A DNA stretch of 64,000 nucleotides from Bacteroidales bacterium. Its GTDB lineage: Bacteria > Bacteroidota > Bacteroidia > Bacteroidales > UBA1715. Where the stretch lies: the NCBI GenBank assembly GCA_016714605.1, contig JADKDL010000049.1:50288-114287 (forward strand), in the 5' to 3' direction. Below the pieces are notes generated by a model that worked only from the letters and a program-made list of their open reading frames with translations, ran no database searches and was not told the DNA's origin. Of the stretch, positions 19,712 to 31,218 are shown piece by piece. Each line of letters begins with the position of its first letter. Position 1 is the stretch's first letter. A program made the position numbers and the translations under genes.

Positions 19712-20522
19712 ATTTTAGCTCAATTAATTTCGAAAATTGATATGGTAAAGTACTTTCATCAATATAAAAATCATTTTCAAAAATACCATACATACAAGAA
19801 CCACTTCCCGACATAGAGGCATATAAGGCCCCATAATTGTACAACATTTTTTTTATCTCATTCAACTCCGGATATTTTTTGAAAACAGAAAATTCAAAAT
19901 CGTTTACAATAATATCTTTCCAAGCAACTAATGGCAGTGTTGATAATTCATTTAAGTCTATTTTCCCTTTTTGAGGTTTTATTTCTGCATAAGCAACGCT
20001 CGTAGGAATAGAAATTGAAGGTTTTATAAGAAGTAATTTCTTGTTTTTCAGAGATAAATCAATCTTGGCAAATTCATCACCTTTATTATAAGCATATACC
20101 GGCTCGTTCTTGATGAAAAATGCACAATCGCTACCCAATTTTCTTGCGTAAGACTCCATTTCAGCATCTGATATACCCAATAAAAATAATTGATTTAGAA
20201 TTTTTATAGTAAATGCTGCATCAGATGAGCCTCCTCCTAGCCCTGCACCAAAAGGTATTAATTTTTGCAAAACAATTTTCGCAGGTGGTAAATTAAAATC
20301 TTGTGCTAATAGTTGATACGCTTTAAAACAGAGATTTTCATGAGCAGGTGCATTTATCTCAATTCCTAAGTTTGTAAATGTCAATTGTTCATCAACAATT
20401 ATTTCTAACACATCGCAAAGAGGAATGGGATAAAAAACCGTTTCAATATTATGAAACCCATCAGTTCTCTTTTCTACAACATGTAGTCCGATATTAATTT
20501 TTGCATTAGGAAAATCAATCAT
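19710..20522 (-). CDS. ispE: 4-(cytidine 5'-diphospho)-2-C-methyl-D-erythritol kinase
   Basis: PNAKINIGLHVVEKRTDGFHNIETVF and the GHMP kinase motif PFGAGLGGGSSDAA. Confidence 0.9.
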   Translation of the reverse strand: MIDFPNAKINIGLHVVEKRTDGFHNIETVFYPIPLCDVLEIIVDEQLTFTNLGIEINAPAHENLCFKAYQLLAQDFNLPPAKIVLQKLIPFGAGLGGGSSDAAFTIKILNQLFLLGISDAEMESYARKLGSDCAFFIKNEPVYAYNKGDEFAKIDLSLKNKKLLLIKPSISIPTSVAYAEIKPQKGKIDLNELSTLPLVAWKDIIVNDFEFSVFKKYPELNEIKKMLYNYGALYASMSGSGSCMYGIFENDFYIDESTLPYQFSKLIELK

Positions 20523-20524
20523 AA

Positions 20525-22219
20525 TTATTCTATACCTAAATCAAATTCATCTTTCAATCTTGCCAATAATGGATTTTGAGCATTTAAATACTCAAATTTT
20601 TCTTTTGAAGTATATGGTTTTCTTTCCATTTGTTCGTGAGCTCCTTCTATTATTTCTATTGAAATAAAATCATTTTTTAATTTTGTTTTTAATTTCAGAA
20701 GAATTTTTTGGTAAATTTCTTGTCTGAAAACAGATTTCTGTGATTCTGAAAATAAAGTAAATACAATAGAATTCTCGCCAGATAATTTAGGTTTCGAAGC
20801 AGTTAATATGCTATAATATCGAGGACTCGAAACCTCATAATCTAAAGCACATTCTTGCCAAGCAATTATTAAATCATCATTTGTAAATGCACTTTTTTGT
20901 GACTCTGTATTTTTTTTTATTATTGGCTCTTCGTTGGTTATATCATCCGTTTTTTTTTCAACAGATTTCTGAGGATTTGAAATAGCATCTAATGACAATC
21001 CTGATGCACCATACGACTTGGCTACATTAGTTACATCTTTGACTACAGAACTAGTCTTTTCAGAAGCATTAACTACAACGCTTCCAGATGTTTGAGTATC
21101 TGAAGATGCTTCTAAACTAGTTTTTTTTTTAACTATGTTGCACATTTGCAACAACATTAATTCTGTATGTAATCGTTGGTTTTTACTTGCCTTATAGTTT
21201 ATATCAAATTTATTTCCAATATCTAAAGCCGCATAAAGGAACTCTACACTTGCATTAGTTGCTTGTTGCTTATATTTTTCAACTATTTCTGCACCAACCT
21301 CCAACAATCTGAGTGTTTCTATATTTTTTGAAACCAAAAGATCTCTGAAATGTGAACACAAACCAATTAAAAAATTATGACCATCAAAACCTTGCTGCAA
21401 TATTTTATCAAAAATAACCAAACTTTGCACAAAATTCTCTTCTAGAAAGGCATCGGTAAGCATAAAATAATAATCATAATCAAGCACATTTAGATTATCT
21501 ATAGTACTTTGATAAGTTACTTTTTTTCCGGAAAAACTCACCACCTGATCGAAGATAGAGAGTGCATCTCTCATTCCACCATCAGCCTTACGAGCTATTA
21601 CGTTTAGAGCAGCTTCCTCAGCATCAATATTTTCTTTTATTGCAACCGACTTTAAATGCTCAACCGTATCAGAAACTTTAATTCTATTAAAATCAAAAAT
21701 CTGACAACGAGAAAGTATTGTTGGCAATATTTTATGTTTTTCGGTAGTGGCAAGAATATAAATAGCATGTTTTGGAGGCTCTTCAAGTGTTTTAAGAAAC
21801 GCATTAAAAGCAGAAGTAGACAACATGTGAACCTCGTCTATTATATATATGCTGTATTTGCCAATCTGAGGGGGTATTCTAACCTGTTCTATCAAAGAAC
21901 GAATATCTTCTACAGAGTTGTTCGAAGCGGCATCTAGCTCATGTATATTGTAACTTGCATTCTCATTGAAAGCTCTACAAGATTCACAAACATCGCATGC
22001 CTCAATATCAGACGACAGATTCATGCAATTGATTGTCTTGGCAAAAATTCTTGCACAAGTAGTTTTTCCAACACCTCTAGGACCACAGAATAAATATGCT
22101 TGTCCGAGATGATTATTCTTAATGGAATTTTTAAGAGTTGTAGTAATAGAAAGTTGTCCTACAACAGTCTCAAACGTTGCGGGTCTGTATTTTCTAGCAG
22201 AAACAATAAACTCTTCCAT
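20525..22219 (-). CDS. dnaX: DNA polymerase III subunit gamma/tau
   Basis: ARKYRPATFETVVGQ...FCGPRGVGKTTCARIFAK, Zn module C..C.SC, IDEVHMLS, SRCQIFDF. Confidence 0.95.
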   Translation of the reverse strand: MEEFIVSARKYRPATFETVVGQLSITTTLKNSIKNNHLGQAYLFCGPRGVGKTTCARIFAKTINCMNLSSDIEACDVCESCRAFNENASYNIHELDAASNNSVEDIRSLIEQVRIPPQIGKYSIYIIDEVHMLSTSAFNAFLKTLEEPPKHAIYILATTEKHKILPTILSRCQIFDFNRIKVSDTVEHLKSVAIKENIDAEEAALNVIARKADGGMRDALSIFDQVVSFSGKKVTYQSTIDNLNVLDYDYYFMLTDAFLEENFVQSLVIFDKILQQGFDGHNFLIGLCSHFRDLLVSKNIETLRLLEVGAEIVEKYKQQATNASVEFLYAALDIGNKFDINYKASKNQRLHTELMLLQMCNIVKKKTSLEASSDTQTSGSVVVNASEKTSSVVKDVTNVAKSYGASGLSLDAISNPQKSVEKKTDDITNEEPIIKKNTESQKSAFTNDDLIIAWQECALDYEVSSPRYYSILTASKPKLSGENSIVFTLFSESQKSVFRQEIYQKILLKLKTKLKNDFISIEIIEGAHEQMERKPYTSKEKFEYLNAQNPLLARLKDEFDLGIE

Positions 22220-22462
22220 TTAATAATATAGCTTTAGAAAGGCAAATATAATTGAATTTAATTTTTGAAACACGCAACTTTAAAAAAAATGTTTTTTTTG
22301 GTAACATCAAAAATAATTTAACCAATTATCTATCTGATTATATGTAACTTAATAATGTTCATTAGAAAACTTTAATCTAGAAAACAAAAACAAAACAGAA
22401 ATATAAAAAACTTTAAAAAGAAAATATAAAGAAAGAATTTTGAATATGTAGAATAAATGTAC

Positions 22463-22470
22463 TAACTTTG
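22463..22470 (+). promoter_or_regulatory. Bacteroidota -7 promoter element (TAnnTTTG) upstream of rpsF
   Basis: TAACTTTG lies 49 nt upstream of the rpsF ATG and is an exact match to the TAnnTTTG consensus recognised by the Bacteroidota primary sigma factor. Confidence 0.5.
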
Positions 22471-22518
22471 CAACCCGAAAATAAAACATTTATAATTTAT
22501 TTAAAATCAATAATTACT

Positions 22519-22872
22519 ATGAGTAATCATTATGAAACCGTTTTCATTTTAACTCCCGTTTTATCTGATGCACAGGTAAAGGAATCGGTTGAAAGTTATG
22601 AGCAACTCCTAATAGCAGGAGGTTGCGAAATAGTCCAAAAAGAAATTTGGGGACTAAAAAAATTGGCCTATCCAATTACAAAGAAAAGTACTGGCTTTTA
22701 CAATTTGATTGAGTTTTCTTGCAATGGGGAAATCATCAAAAAACTAGAAACAGAATACAAACGTGATGAGAAAATCATGCGTTTTCTAACAGTAAAATTG
22801 GATAAATTCGCTGTTCAGTATACTGAGAAAAAAAGAAACAAAGGTAAAGAAATTCAAAAATCAGCAGAGTAA
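22519..22872 (+). CDS. rpsF: 30S ribosomal protein S6
   Basis: [22 protein letters not shown]...[13 protein letters not shown] 22519 is preferred over the TTG at 22468 used by the ORF track. Confidence 0.93.
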   Translation: MSNHYETVFILTPVLSDAQVKESVESYEQLLIAGGCEIVQKEIWGLKKLAYPITKKSTGFYNLIEFSCNGEIIKKLETEYKRDEKIMRFLTVKLDKFAVQYTEKKRNKGKEIQKSAE

Positions 22873-23138
22873 TGGCACAGCAATCAGAAATTAGATATTT
22901 GACTCCTCCAACAGTTGAGGTAAAAAAGAAAAAGTATTGCCGTTTTAAGAAAGCAGGTATTAAGTATATTGATTACAAAGATCCTGAATTCCTTAAAAAA
23001 TTCTTAAACGAACAAGGCAAAATTCTTCCTAGAAGAATAACCGGAACATCTTTGAAATTTCAAAGAAAAGTTTCTCAAGCGATAAAAAGAGCTAGACATA
23101 TAGCGCTTTTACCATACGTAACTGATATGTTAAAATAA
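22872..23138 (+). CDS. rpsR: 30S ribosomal protein S18
   Basis: [62 protein letters not shown]. Confidence 0.95.
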   Translation: MAQQSEIRYLTPPTVEVKKKKYCRFKKAGIKYIDYKDPEFLKKFLNEQGKILPRRITGTSLKFQRKVSQAIKRARHIALLPYVTDMLK

Positions 23139-23146
23139 GCAAAACG

Positions 23147-23593
23147 ATGGAAATAATATTAAATCAAGATATTCCTAAATTAGGATACAAGAATGAGATT
23201 GTAACTGTTAAGAACGGTTATGGAAGAAATTATCTTATTCCTCAGGGATATGCTATAGTTGCTAGTGAATCAGCAAAGAAACAGCATACTGAGAAAATGA
23301 AACAAAGAGCTCATAAAGAAGCGAAAATTAAAACCGATGCAGAAGCACTTGCAGCAAAATTGGAAGCTCTAACGCTTACAATTGGTGCGAAAGCTAGTTC
23401 TACAGGCAAAATTTTTGGTTCTGTGAATACTATTCAAATAGCTGAAGCAATTGAAAAACAAGGCTTCTCTATTGATAGAAAAATGATTTTAATTAAAGAA
23501 AGTTCTATCAAAGAACTTGGTGATTATAATGTTACAATCTCTTTATACAAAGGTGTTGATGTAAAAATACCTTTCAAAGTAGTTGCAGAATAA
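23147..23593 (+). CDS. rplI: 50S ribosomal protein L9
   Basis: MEIILNQDIPKLGYKNEIVTVKNGYGRNYLIPQGYA; completes the rpsF-rpsR-rplI operon order. Confidence 0.95.
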   Translation: MEIILNQDIPKLGYKNEIVTVKNGYGRNYLIPQGYAIVASESAKKQHTEKMKQRAHKEAKIKTDAEALAAKLEALTLTIGAKASSTGKIFGSVNTIQIAEAIEKQGFSIDRKMILIKESSIKELGDYNVTISLYKGVDVKIPFKVVAE

Positions 23594-23619
23594 TAATCTG
23601 AAAAATATATAATAAAAAA

Positions 23620-23649
23620 GGAGGCTTCAAAATTGAAGCCTCCTTTTTT
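23620..23649. terminator. Bidirectional terminator between rplI and ridA
   Basis: GGAGGCTTCA (23620-23629), loop AAAT, TGAAGCCTCC (23634-23643); an A-run upstream and a T-run downstream. Confidence 0.75.
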
Positions 23650-24031
23650 ATTTTGCTACAGCTATTGCAGATATTTCAACCAAAGCATCTTTAGGCAGCT
23701 TAGAGACCTCTATTGTTTCTCTAGCAGGGAAAATACTGTTTGTCTGAAAATAATTGGCATATACGGCATTTACGGTAGGAAATTCATTCATGTCCTTCAA
23801 AAATATAGAACACTTTACAACATTTTCAATTTGCATTTCTGCTTCTTGAAGTATGGCAACAATATTATCCATTACCTGCTTAGTTGCTAAGGCATAACTT
23901 TCATCTATAATATTTCCCGATTCCGGGTTTATAGGAATCTGTCCTGAAATATATAATGTTTTGTCTACTAATACAGCCTGACTATATGGACCTATTGGTT
24001 TAGGTGCTGAAGGTGTCACAATTGCTTTCAT
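23648..24031 (-). CDS. ridA: RidA/YjgF family reactive-intermediate deaminase
   Basis: APKPIGPYSQAV.....YISGQIPINPESG...QVM.N......A........VKC.IFL.DM..F...N.VY..YF....PAR..IEV.KLPKDALVEI. Confidence 0.9.
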   Translation of the reverse strand: MKAIVTPSAPKPIGPYSQAVLVDKTLYISGQIPINPESGNIIDESYALATKQVMDNIVAILQEAEMQIENVVKCSIFLKDMNEFPTVNAVYANYFQTNSIFPARETIEVSKLPKDALVEISAIAVAK

Positions 24032-24124
24032 TTATTAATTTATTAAATGGATAAAAATTATTTGACGAAATTTTATAGAGAAAATTCATGAATTTTCTCT
24101 ACTCATAATCATAGGTTATAAATG

Positions 24125-26769
24125 CTAAAAATAGCTCGACGGACTACTCATCTCATATTTAATATCTTTAAACATGTCGGCTTTAATTTTAATTATAAAT
24201 TCCCAACGTTTCATAGAACCAAAAGGAATCCATTGCAATGACATGTCCCAACAATGTAAATCTCTATAAATATTTATTCGAGCATGGGTTATTTGCTTAG
24301 CTTCAAAATCCCAAGCTGTTGAAACGGTTATATTCCAATTTTTGGTTAAACTAAAACTACCATTTATACCCAATGACTGATTTAAATTTGATGGAATTGA
24401 ATCTAGCTCATTTTTATAATTATAATAATATTTTCTGGGCATATTTAGCGAGTAAGATAGATTCACCGACCAAGGAATATCTGATTTAGCATATTCAACA
24501 GACTCAGGTCTTTTAACTATATGTTTTTCGCTATTAGGAACTGGACCCAAACGCAATGAAGTACCTAAGGTCCAATAATCATTATCATACCTCCATAATC
24601 TACCATGCATATCAAGCATTGAACTTCTGAGTCTTACAAGTTCTCTTGTGCTCTTGTCGGTAAACGCTACATAAGGATCAAGACTTCCGGAATAATTAAT
24701 CTGAAAACGCTTAAACAAGGTTGTATAAGCAGATAGTCTTATGTAATTTAGCTTAAGCGAATCCTTTAGAAAATCATAGTCTGTTGATATTGAGAAATTT
24801 TCAATCAACTTTATTTTTTTTATTCCAGTTACTGTATCTTTCTTGTTCCTTACCTTTGCTTCTAAATTATTGCTGATAGACATAGCCATTATGGTTGATC
24901 TATTTGCATTCGGAGTACCGTAAGGAGCACCCTGAAAATAAGAATATGCGGCATAATCCATTTCTAAATTTTTTCTATGGGTAGACCAATATCTATCCTT
25001 TAAATCGGGTCGATAAGTAAAAGTAACAGATGGTGTCAATATATGCCTAATAGCTTTTAAATACTTACTTTTAAATGTGTACATTCCATAAACTTTTGTA
25101 GAAAAACCGACACCAAAATTATAATCAAAAACATTATAAAAGCCAGGAATTGTATCAGTTACAACGCCACCGGTTCTCCTACCCAAAGTATCAACAATAT
25201 CAGACTTCCACTTAAGTTTATATTTTTCGAAATAAATTCTATCAGTAAAATTAAACGATGGAGTTAATGAAATAAATTTGAATAATTTTAAGTTTGTTTT
25301 TAAACTTGAAGTTTGCTGCATAGCCTGTTCAAAATCATATAAAAACTTTTTCATCTCAAAGGAAGAATCCATTTTAGCATCAACTATTCTATTAAGCCCC
25401 TTAAGATTATATGACAAATTAATATCTTCATAAAATTTTGGTTTTCCAACAGAATTTTTTCTCTTAAAAGGATAAATTGAAGCCATATTAAAAGTAAAAT
25501 CAGGTAAAGTAAAACTAATAGTTGAATCTGATGAATTTTGATTATGATTTAATGCAAGCGTTAAATTGAAAGGAGTATTGGGAAATCTATGACTATAACT
25601 AATACTAGAACGCTTAGTATTATTATACAAATCAGACTCGGTTTGAGCATTATACTTATTATGACCGGCAGAACTAATATTAACATCGGCGCCAAATGAA
25701 CCGTTGGGCATAGAGTTTTTATCTTGATTATGACGCCAATTAAAATCGAAAGTTAACGGACTTCTAACATCTTCCAGTTTTATACTAGACACCCCTACCG
25801 ACAATGATCCATTAAATTTATATCTCAAATTATATGAACTTGAAACATCAACCAACCAACTGCCATAGGTATAAACATCGCCTAAAATCTTTAAATCAAA
25901 ATAATCGCTTACACCCCAATAAAAACCACCTTGCTTTATATAATAACCTTTTAAAGCATCATTACCAAATTTAGGAAATAAAATACCATTGGCTCGACCT
26001 TTTTTGGTTGGAAAAAATCCAAATGGTAATATAAGCGGTAATGTAATACCTTCAATTACCACATAAGCAGGACCAGTTACTATCTGATCGTCGGGTATTA
26101 CTTTTGCTTTAGTAAGCCCAATATAAAAATGCGGATGTTCTAAATCGCAAGTTGTGTACTTACCCCCTATTAAATTAATTTCTTGGTTTTTAAAGATTTT
26201 TGTTTTCTTGCTATGCAAATAGCCTTCCTCCTGTTTCGTAATAATACCAAAGGCAATTCCTTTTTTAGAATCGAAATTGTAACGTAATGTATCAGCATCA
26301 AAAACCTCAGAACCTTGTTTAAAATTAGGTGAGCTGATTACGGTACCTACACTGTCACCAATCCGGTAGCAAATACCTCACGCACGGTCATGGCTAATTT
26401 TATGTATTCAGAAAGCAATACAATATCCTCATACTTAATATCACCATTTCCGTAAACGAAAATATTTTTAGCATTTACATTAAAAACAATTGAATCTTCA
26501 GCTATATATTCAACCGGCGATTCAATAGGTTTAGCAGCGCTACTTTTGGGTGAAGGTAAAAGACTATCAACAGCATTTTTTGATGAAATACTATCTGTAA
26601 CAGATTTATACAAAGAAGTATCCTTAACTTGATTAACAGAATCCTGAGCATAAAGTCCAAAACCTGAAAATAAAATTAAAGCGACAATAAAAAAATATTT
26701 GTTAATGAAGTAAATCAATAGTTTAAATAGTATTTTTGTAACTATATTTAAAAACGCGCAAAAATACAT
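24125..26769 (-). CDS. lptD: LptD/OstA-like LPS-assembly outer membrane protein; two ORF-track pieces joined by a frame change near 26355-26362
   Basis: The upstream piece (26347..26769) carries a signal peptide plus OstA-like N-terminal strands. The frame of the downstream piece stays open up to about 26345 and reads DSVGTVISSPNFKQGSEVFDADTLRYNFDSKKGIAFGIITKQEEGYLHSKKTKIF into the 697-aa beta-barrel part (TTCDLEHPHFYI...). Confidence 0.7.
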
Positions 26770-27078
26770 AGAATTTATGTTTTTAAACGTTTTCTTTTAA
26801 ATATATTTATAGATTTGTCTAATAAAAGCAAATAATTGTGTAACATTGATAAAAATCTTTTCTCTAATAGAATTAAAATTACTAACTAAAAAAGCTTTAA
26901 AACCTAACAAAAACTAAGCCAAATTATGTAAATTAAAGTCTTTACTAATACAATTTCATGTTAATAAATTTATCTACTTGAAAATCACAAATACGAAACT
27001 AAGAAAAACTAAACATCTTCAATTAATCAAGTTTAACCAATAAAGTTATACTCTAAGGATGTTGTAAAAATTAAACTA

Positions 27079-28146
27079 ATGACCAAAGCAAAATACACCC
27101 TATTCATTCTGCTATTAATAATTATAAATATAAATCCGAGTTATGCACAATACCGATTAAACAAAGTTGTTATTGATGCAGGTCACGGAGGTAAAGATCC
27201 GGGAGCATTGGGTAAAAAAGGAAAAGAGAAAGAAATTACACTTAGTTTGGCAAAGAAAGTAGGCAATTACATTGAAGAAAAGATAGAAGGAGTTGAAGTT
27301 ATCTATACCCGTTCAACAGATGAATTTATCTCCTTGCACGAACGAGCAAATATTGCAAATAAAAATAAAGCCGATTTGTTTATATCTATACATGTAAATG
27401 CAAACACAAACCCAGATGCCTCAGGTACAGACTCTTGGGTTATGGGTTATGATAAATCCGAAAAAAATCTGGAAGTAGCAAAACTAGAAAACCAAGTAAT
27501 ATTAGTAGAAGATAACTATGATGCTCAATATCAAGGTTTAGATCCTAATTCAACAGAAGCTTACATAATTTTTGAATTAATGCAAAATATACACTTAGAA
27601 CAAAGTTTAAATTTCGCATACAATGTTCAAGATCAATTTGCAAATAGAGCCGGAAGGAAAAATAGAGGCGTAAATCAAGCACCATTTTTCGTATTATGGA
27701 ACACTAATATGCCTAGCGTTTTAATAGAAACAGGCTTTATTACGAATGTAAAAGAAGAAGAATTTCTACTCACCGATGAAGGTCAAGACTATATGGCATC
27801 GGCAATATTTAGAGCTTTCAGAGATTTTAAAATTGCAGTAGACAAGAAAAGTAATGCGCCAAGGAAAATTGAAATTGAAAAAGACTCTATCTACTTTAGT
27901 GTACAGATACTTTCTTCAAAAAAACCAATACCAACTAAGCCGGAAAATTTCAAAAACGTAACTGATGTATATGAAATAAAAATTGATGATACATATAAAT
28001 ATTTATCAGGTAAAAATAAAGATTACACTGCAATAGAAACATTGAAAACCCAAATAAAAAAACAGTACCCTGAAGCTTTTATAGTAGCATTTAAAAATGG
28101 TTTAAAAATACCAACAACTGAGGCTTTAGAATTACTGAAAAAATAA
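27079..28146 (+). CDS. N-acetylmuramoyl-L-alanine amidase (Amidase_3) with a C-terminal SPOR-like domain
   Basis: VVIDAGHGGKDPGALGKKGKEKEITL...SIHVNA...VLIETGFITN. The C-terminal text IYFSVQILSSKKPI...YKYLSGKNKDYTAIETLKTQIKKQYPEAFIVAFKNG is SPOR-like. Confidence 0.85.
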   Translation: MTKAKYTLFILLLIIININPSYAQYRLNKVVIDAGHGGKDPGALGKKGKEKEITLSLAKKVGNYIEEKIEGVEVIYTRSTDEFISLHERANIANKNKADLFISIHVNANTNPDASGTDSWVMGYDKSEKNLEVAKLENQVILVEDNYDAQYQGLDPNSTEAYIIFELMQNIHLEQSLNFAYNVQDQFANRAGRKNRGVNQAPFFVLWNTNMPSVLIETGFITNVKEEEFLLTDEGQDYMASAIFRAFRDFKIAVDKKSNAPRKIEIEKDSIYFSVQILSSKKPIPTKPENFKNVTDVYEIKIDDTYKYLSGKNKDYTAIETLKTQIKKQYPEAFIVAFKNGLKIPTTEALELLKK

Positions 28147-28367
28147 AAAAACATTTGGCGCATGAACTAGTTTTTTAATTACTGATTCAGCTTAAAAAAA
28201 GTTTACACAATACACTTGGTCTTATAATATTATTAACTTTTTACTCACAATACAAAACACTCTATTTCTGTTTATTAAAAAACAAACAGAATACTAAACA
28301 TCAAAAATAAACCATTGCAACAATATATAGAATTAAGCTTTATTAAATAATATGACTCTAAATTTTA

Positions 28368-28375
28368 TATATTTG
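28368..28375 (+). promoter_or_regulatory. TAnnTTTG -7 promoter element upstream of mlaD
   Basis: TATATTTG lies 75 nt upstream of ATG 28450. Confidence 0.45.
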
Positions 28376-28449
28376 CACAATTAAACACAAATATTGCGTT
28401 TAATTTGCTAACATGTACGGGCAAAATTTAAATTCTGAATTATATAGCT

Positions 28450-29453
28450 ATGATAAAAATATCCAAAACAACAAAAATTGGTGCACTAACTTTAATTACG
28501 TTATCAGTTTCTTTTTGGGGATTTAATTTTTTGAAAGGAAAGATATTTTCAATAAAGAAAATACATATTTTGTAAGATACGAAAAGATTGAAGGCTTAGA
28601 AAAATCGAGTCCTGTGTATATTAGAGGATTTAAAATAGGTCAGGTTGATGACATAACATTTACAGACAACAGTCATAAATATTTCACTGTTGAAATATCA
28701 TTAAAAAGTGACATTTATATTACAGACAGCACCGTTGCCAGAATCTTCAGTAATGATTTAATGGGAAATAAAGCTGTTGAAATAATATTAGGAAACAACA
28801 GAACATTATTGAAAAGTGGCGATACTTTGCTTCCACAAATTGAAGAGTCATTATCAGAACAAGTTAAACTGCAAATGGTTCCATTAAAAAATGAAGCTGA
28901 AAAATTAATAAAAGATCTTCAAAATGCTGCTCAAAGCGTAGCGTTCGTGTTAAATGAAAATACTGGAATGCGTTTAAGAGATAGTTTTATAAAATTGCAA
29001 TACGCAATAGAATCTATTCATAACGCATCAAATAGCCTCGATACCATACTTTCTGGAGGAAAGAATGATATTGCCAACATCTTATTTAATTTGCAGTCTA
29101 TTACAGGTAATATTAGAAAAAACAATGATGATATTTCTGGGATTCTAAATAATTTTGAAAAAATCACAGATTCAATTTCAAAATCAAATCTAACACATAC
29201 GCTTCTTACCCTAGATACTGTTGTTGGTGATGTATCAAAAATACTTAAAAAAATAGAATCTGGCGAAGGTACAATAGGACAATTAATAAACGATGACTCA
29301 CTTTACAATAATATAAATAAAGTAGCCGCTGATCTTGATCTTTTAATTAAGGATATAAATACAAATCCAAAGAATTATGTTCAATTTTCAATTTTTGGAG
29401 GCGGAAAAGATGAAGAAAAAAAAGAAAAGAAAAGTAAAGTTTATGTTAAATAG
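28450..29453 (+). CDS. mlaD: MlaD/Mce family protein; frame change at the A-run 28539-28541
   Basis: ATG 28450 gives MIKISKTTKIGALTLITLSVSFWGFNFLKGK (a TM anchor). Frame 3 then reads DIFNKENTYFVRYEKIEGLEKSSPVYIRGFKIGQVDDI, the MlaD core. The ORF track starts only at 28614. Confidence 0.8.
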
Positions 29454-29719
29454 ATACATATAGATACAATTTATTAACAATTTTATCATAAGCCTTTAAG
29501 GTTCAGTATCTACAGAAAGCATAATTTTAAACACCTTATTTTCAATATATTAAATATTCTTTTTATTTTTTTTATTTTTTTTCGTTTTATAAATAATTGT
29601 TAATAAACCCAATAGAAAACTATTTAAAAAGTCAATAGAAGTTCCTATTTTTTTTGTAGAAAATTATAACCAAATTTGTACTGGAAAAGGTAATTAATTA
29701 AAAAAAAATTGGGGCATTT

Positions 29720-31162
29720 ATGAGTAATACACACATAGCTATATGGGATAAATGTTTAGAGATAATTCAGGATAATTTAAATTCTAACTTATCATTCAAA
29801 ACGTGGTTTCAACCCATTAAGCCATTAAAACTCGAAAAAGATATACTTACAATACAAGTCCCAAGTCCATTCTATTATGAATATTTAGAAGAGAATTTTT
29901 TAGATTTGATAAGTAAAACTCTAAGAAATGTTTTAGGCAAAAACGCAAAATTGGAATATAGCGTGATTATGGATAATGCGGCTGAGAATAATTCAATTTC
30001 AAAAGCAGTAAACTATCCGGGAAAAAGTACCAATACAAATTTGCATAACAGATATGTTGATGCACCTAGCTACAATAGAGATGAAAATATAATTAAAAAT
30101 CCTTTTATTATTCCTGGGATTAAAAATTTACATATTGATTCTCAGTTGAATCCAAACTACTCATTTGCAAATTTCATTGAAGGAAATTGTAATAAGTTGG
30201 CACGTTCAGCAGGTTTAAATGTTGCAGAAAATCCCGGTAAAACGGCATTCAATCCGCTTTTTATTTATAGTGAATCAGGTTTAGGAAAAACACATTTGTG
30301 TCAAGCAATTGGTATAGAAATAAAAGAACATTTTCCTAAAAAAACGGTACTGTATGTAAATGCAAACACACTGATAACACAGTTTGCAGAGGCAACAATG
30401 AAAAATGAAAGAAATGATTTTATGCATTTTTATCAGATGATAGATGTACTAATCATAGATGATGTTCACGATTTAGCAGGAAAAGACAAAACGCAAGGGG
30501 CTATATTTCAGATATTCAACCACTTACATCAGAAAAACAAACAACTAATACTAACTTCAGACAAACCTCCAGTAGAATTACAAGGTTTGGAAGACAGATT
30601 ACTTTCCAGATTCAAATGGGGCTTGTCTGCCGAATTATTGTCACCTGATTTACAAACTAGAATTGAGATATTAAAGAAAAGAATTTATAATGACGGTATA
30701 AGCATTGATGAAGAAGTTGTTGAATATATTGCTAGTCATATTGCAACAAACATTAGAGAATTAGAAGGTGCATTAATTTCATTACTAGCATTATCTACTA
30801 TTAATAATAAAAAAATAACACTTGAATTAGCAAAAAGTATAGTAGATAAACTTGTTAAAAACACAAAAAAAGACATCTCTATAGATTACATTCAGAAAAC
30901 TGTTTGTGAATATTTCAACATACCTCTTGAACAATTAAATTCTAAAACGAGAAAAAGAGAAGTAGTTCAATCTAGACAAATTGCAATGTATTTTGCCAAA
31001 AATCTTACAAAAGCTTCACTTGCTACAATTGGAGCAAAAATTGGAGGAAAAGATCATGCTACAGTGCTTCACGCATGCAAAACGGTAAACAATCTAATAG
31101 ATACCGATAAAAGATTTAAAATGTTTATAGACGATATTGAAAAAAGATTTAGATTCAAATAA
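29720..31162 (+). CDS. dnaA: Chromosomal replication initiator protein DnaA
   Basis: IWDKCLEIIQDNL....FKTWFQPIKP, Walker A GESGLGKTHL, IDDVH, and a C-terminal DNA-binding helix (VVQSRQIAMYFAKNLT..SLATIG...GGKDHATVLHA). Confidence 0.97.
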   Translation: MSNTHIAIWDKCLEIIQDNLNSNLSFKTWFQPIKPLKLEKDILTIQVPSPFYYEYLEENFLDLISKTLRNVLGKNAKLEYSVIMDNAAENNSISKAVNYPGKSTNTNLHNRYVDAPSYNRDENIIKNPFIIPGIKNLHIDSQLNPNYSFANFIEGNCNKLARSAGLNVAENPGKTAFNPLFIYSESGLGKTHLCQAIGIEIKEHFPKKTVLYVNANTLITQFAEATMKNERNDFMHFYQMIDVLIIDDVHDLAGKDKTQGAIFQIFNHLHQKNKQLILTSDKPPVELQGLEDRLLSRFKWGLSAELLSPDLQTRIEILKKRIYNDGISIDEEVVEYIASHIATNIRELEGALISLLALSTINNKKITLELAKSIVDKLVKNTKKDISIDYIQKTVCEYFNIPLEQLNSKTRKREVVQSRQIAMYFAKNLTKASLATIGAKIGGKDHATVLHACKTVNNLIDTDKRFKMFIDDIEKRFRFK

Positions 31163-31166
31163 AAAA

Positions 31167-31194
31167 GGAGAAGGTAAAACCTTCTCCTTTTTTA
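31167..31194. terminator. Bidirectional terminator between dnaA and pdxJ
   Basis: GGAGAAGG (31167-31174), loop TAAAA, CCTTCTCC (31180-31187), then T7; an A-run upstream. Confidence 0.75.
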
Positions 31195-31218
31195 TTTGAA
31201 TCTATTTATAAACAGTAA

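Noticed and set aside
20525-22219. Long A-runs (A9-A10) inside dnaX as a programmed -1 frameshift site giving a gamma subunit, as in E. coli
   Set aside because: I see no A-AAA-AAG heptamer followed by a stimulatory hairpin and a nearby stop in the -1 frame, so I cannot verify it. The runs encode in-frame Lys tracts in the variable linker. This cannot be supported from sequence alone.
23633-23890. 85-aa plus-strand ORF after rplI, and the 62-aa ORF at 55486..55674 in the long spacer
   Set aside because: The first lies antisense within ridA and starts inside the terminator. The second has AT-rich, low-complexity text with no ribosome-binding context or motif.
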